From: Eledone cirrhosa
Lineage: Eukaryota
Direction: 5' to 3'
Assembly: GCA_964016885.1 (NCBI GenBank)
Contig: OZ024741.1
Location: 187,240,001 to 187,304,000 of the forward strand
Length of the DNA stretch: 64,000 nt
The notes under the pieces are model-generated. The model was not told the origin of the DNA, ran no database searches, and saw only the letters and a list, made by a program, of their open reading frames with translations. Shown here one piece after another: positions 63,666 to 64,000 of the stretch (position 1 is its first letter; each line of letters opens with the position of its first letter). The position numbers were made by a program, and so were the translations under genes.

Positions 63666-64000
63666 TACGATTTTAGAAGCTACAACAATGCCAATAACAC
63701 ATTAAATACTAAAAATAATAATAATATAAGATTTGAAATATAAGCTTGCAGATGTTTCGTTGGTCTGTAATATTTCGGGAAACACCCCTTCATAAACAAA
63801 ATAAGGAACTAGGGAAGCATGTTAAATTTAACATCAGAGTTCCTATCACGACTAGGAAACGGACAACAGGTCGAGGACACTATAGATTAATAGAAGACTA
63901 GATCAGTCCAAATACACTATAACACTGTACCATGGTATCCAATATATTTCCGCCTGTCCATTAATACTAATATAAACACATACACATAGGCATTCATACA

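Overview
Repeat-saturated, AT-rich animal genomic DNA with no host protein-coding gene that I can support. The tRNA-derived SINEs, long (TA)n/(CATA)n/(GATA)n tracts and TE mix look like a coleoid cephalopod (Octopus); this is inference. Main content: a 5'-truncated R4/Dong-type RLE LINE in (TAA)n (781-3490); a Helitron (7716-15792, minus) with a complete Buster/Charlie hAT nested in it (11142-14523, 14-bp TIR, 8-bp TSD); two Chapaev3 relics; mariner and hAT MITEs; RTE fragments and bipartite RTE derivatives in (CATA)n; and four head-to-tail Tx1/L1-type LINEs separated by (GATA)n, one near full length (52105-57545). Most notable: (1) a (GATA)n-associated Tx1 family with a (TAA)n-associated sister; (2) the dominant tRNA-SINE shares its 3' tail with that Tx1 family; (3) about a dozen short fold-back elements in (TA)n, several carrying type I hammerhead ribozyme motifs like Penelope pLTRs. 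All coordinates and motif calls were read by eye and may be off by a few bases.
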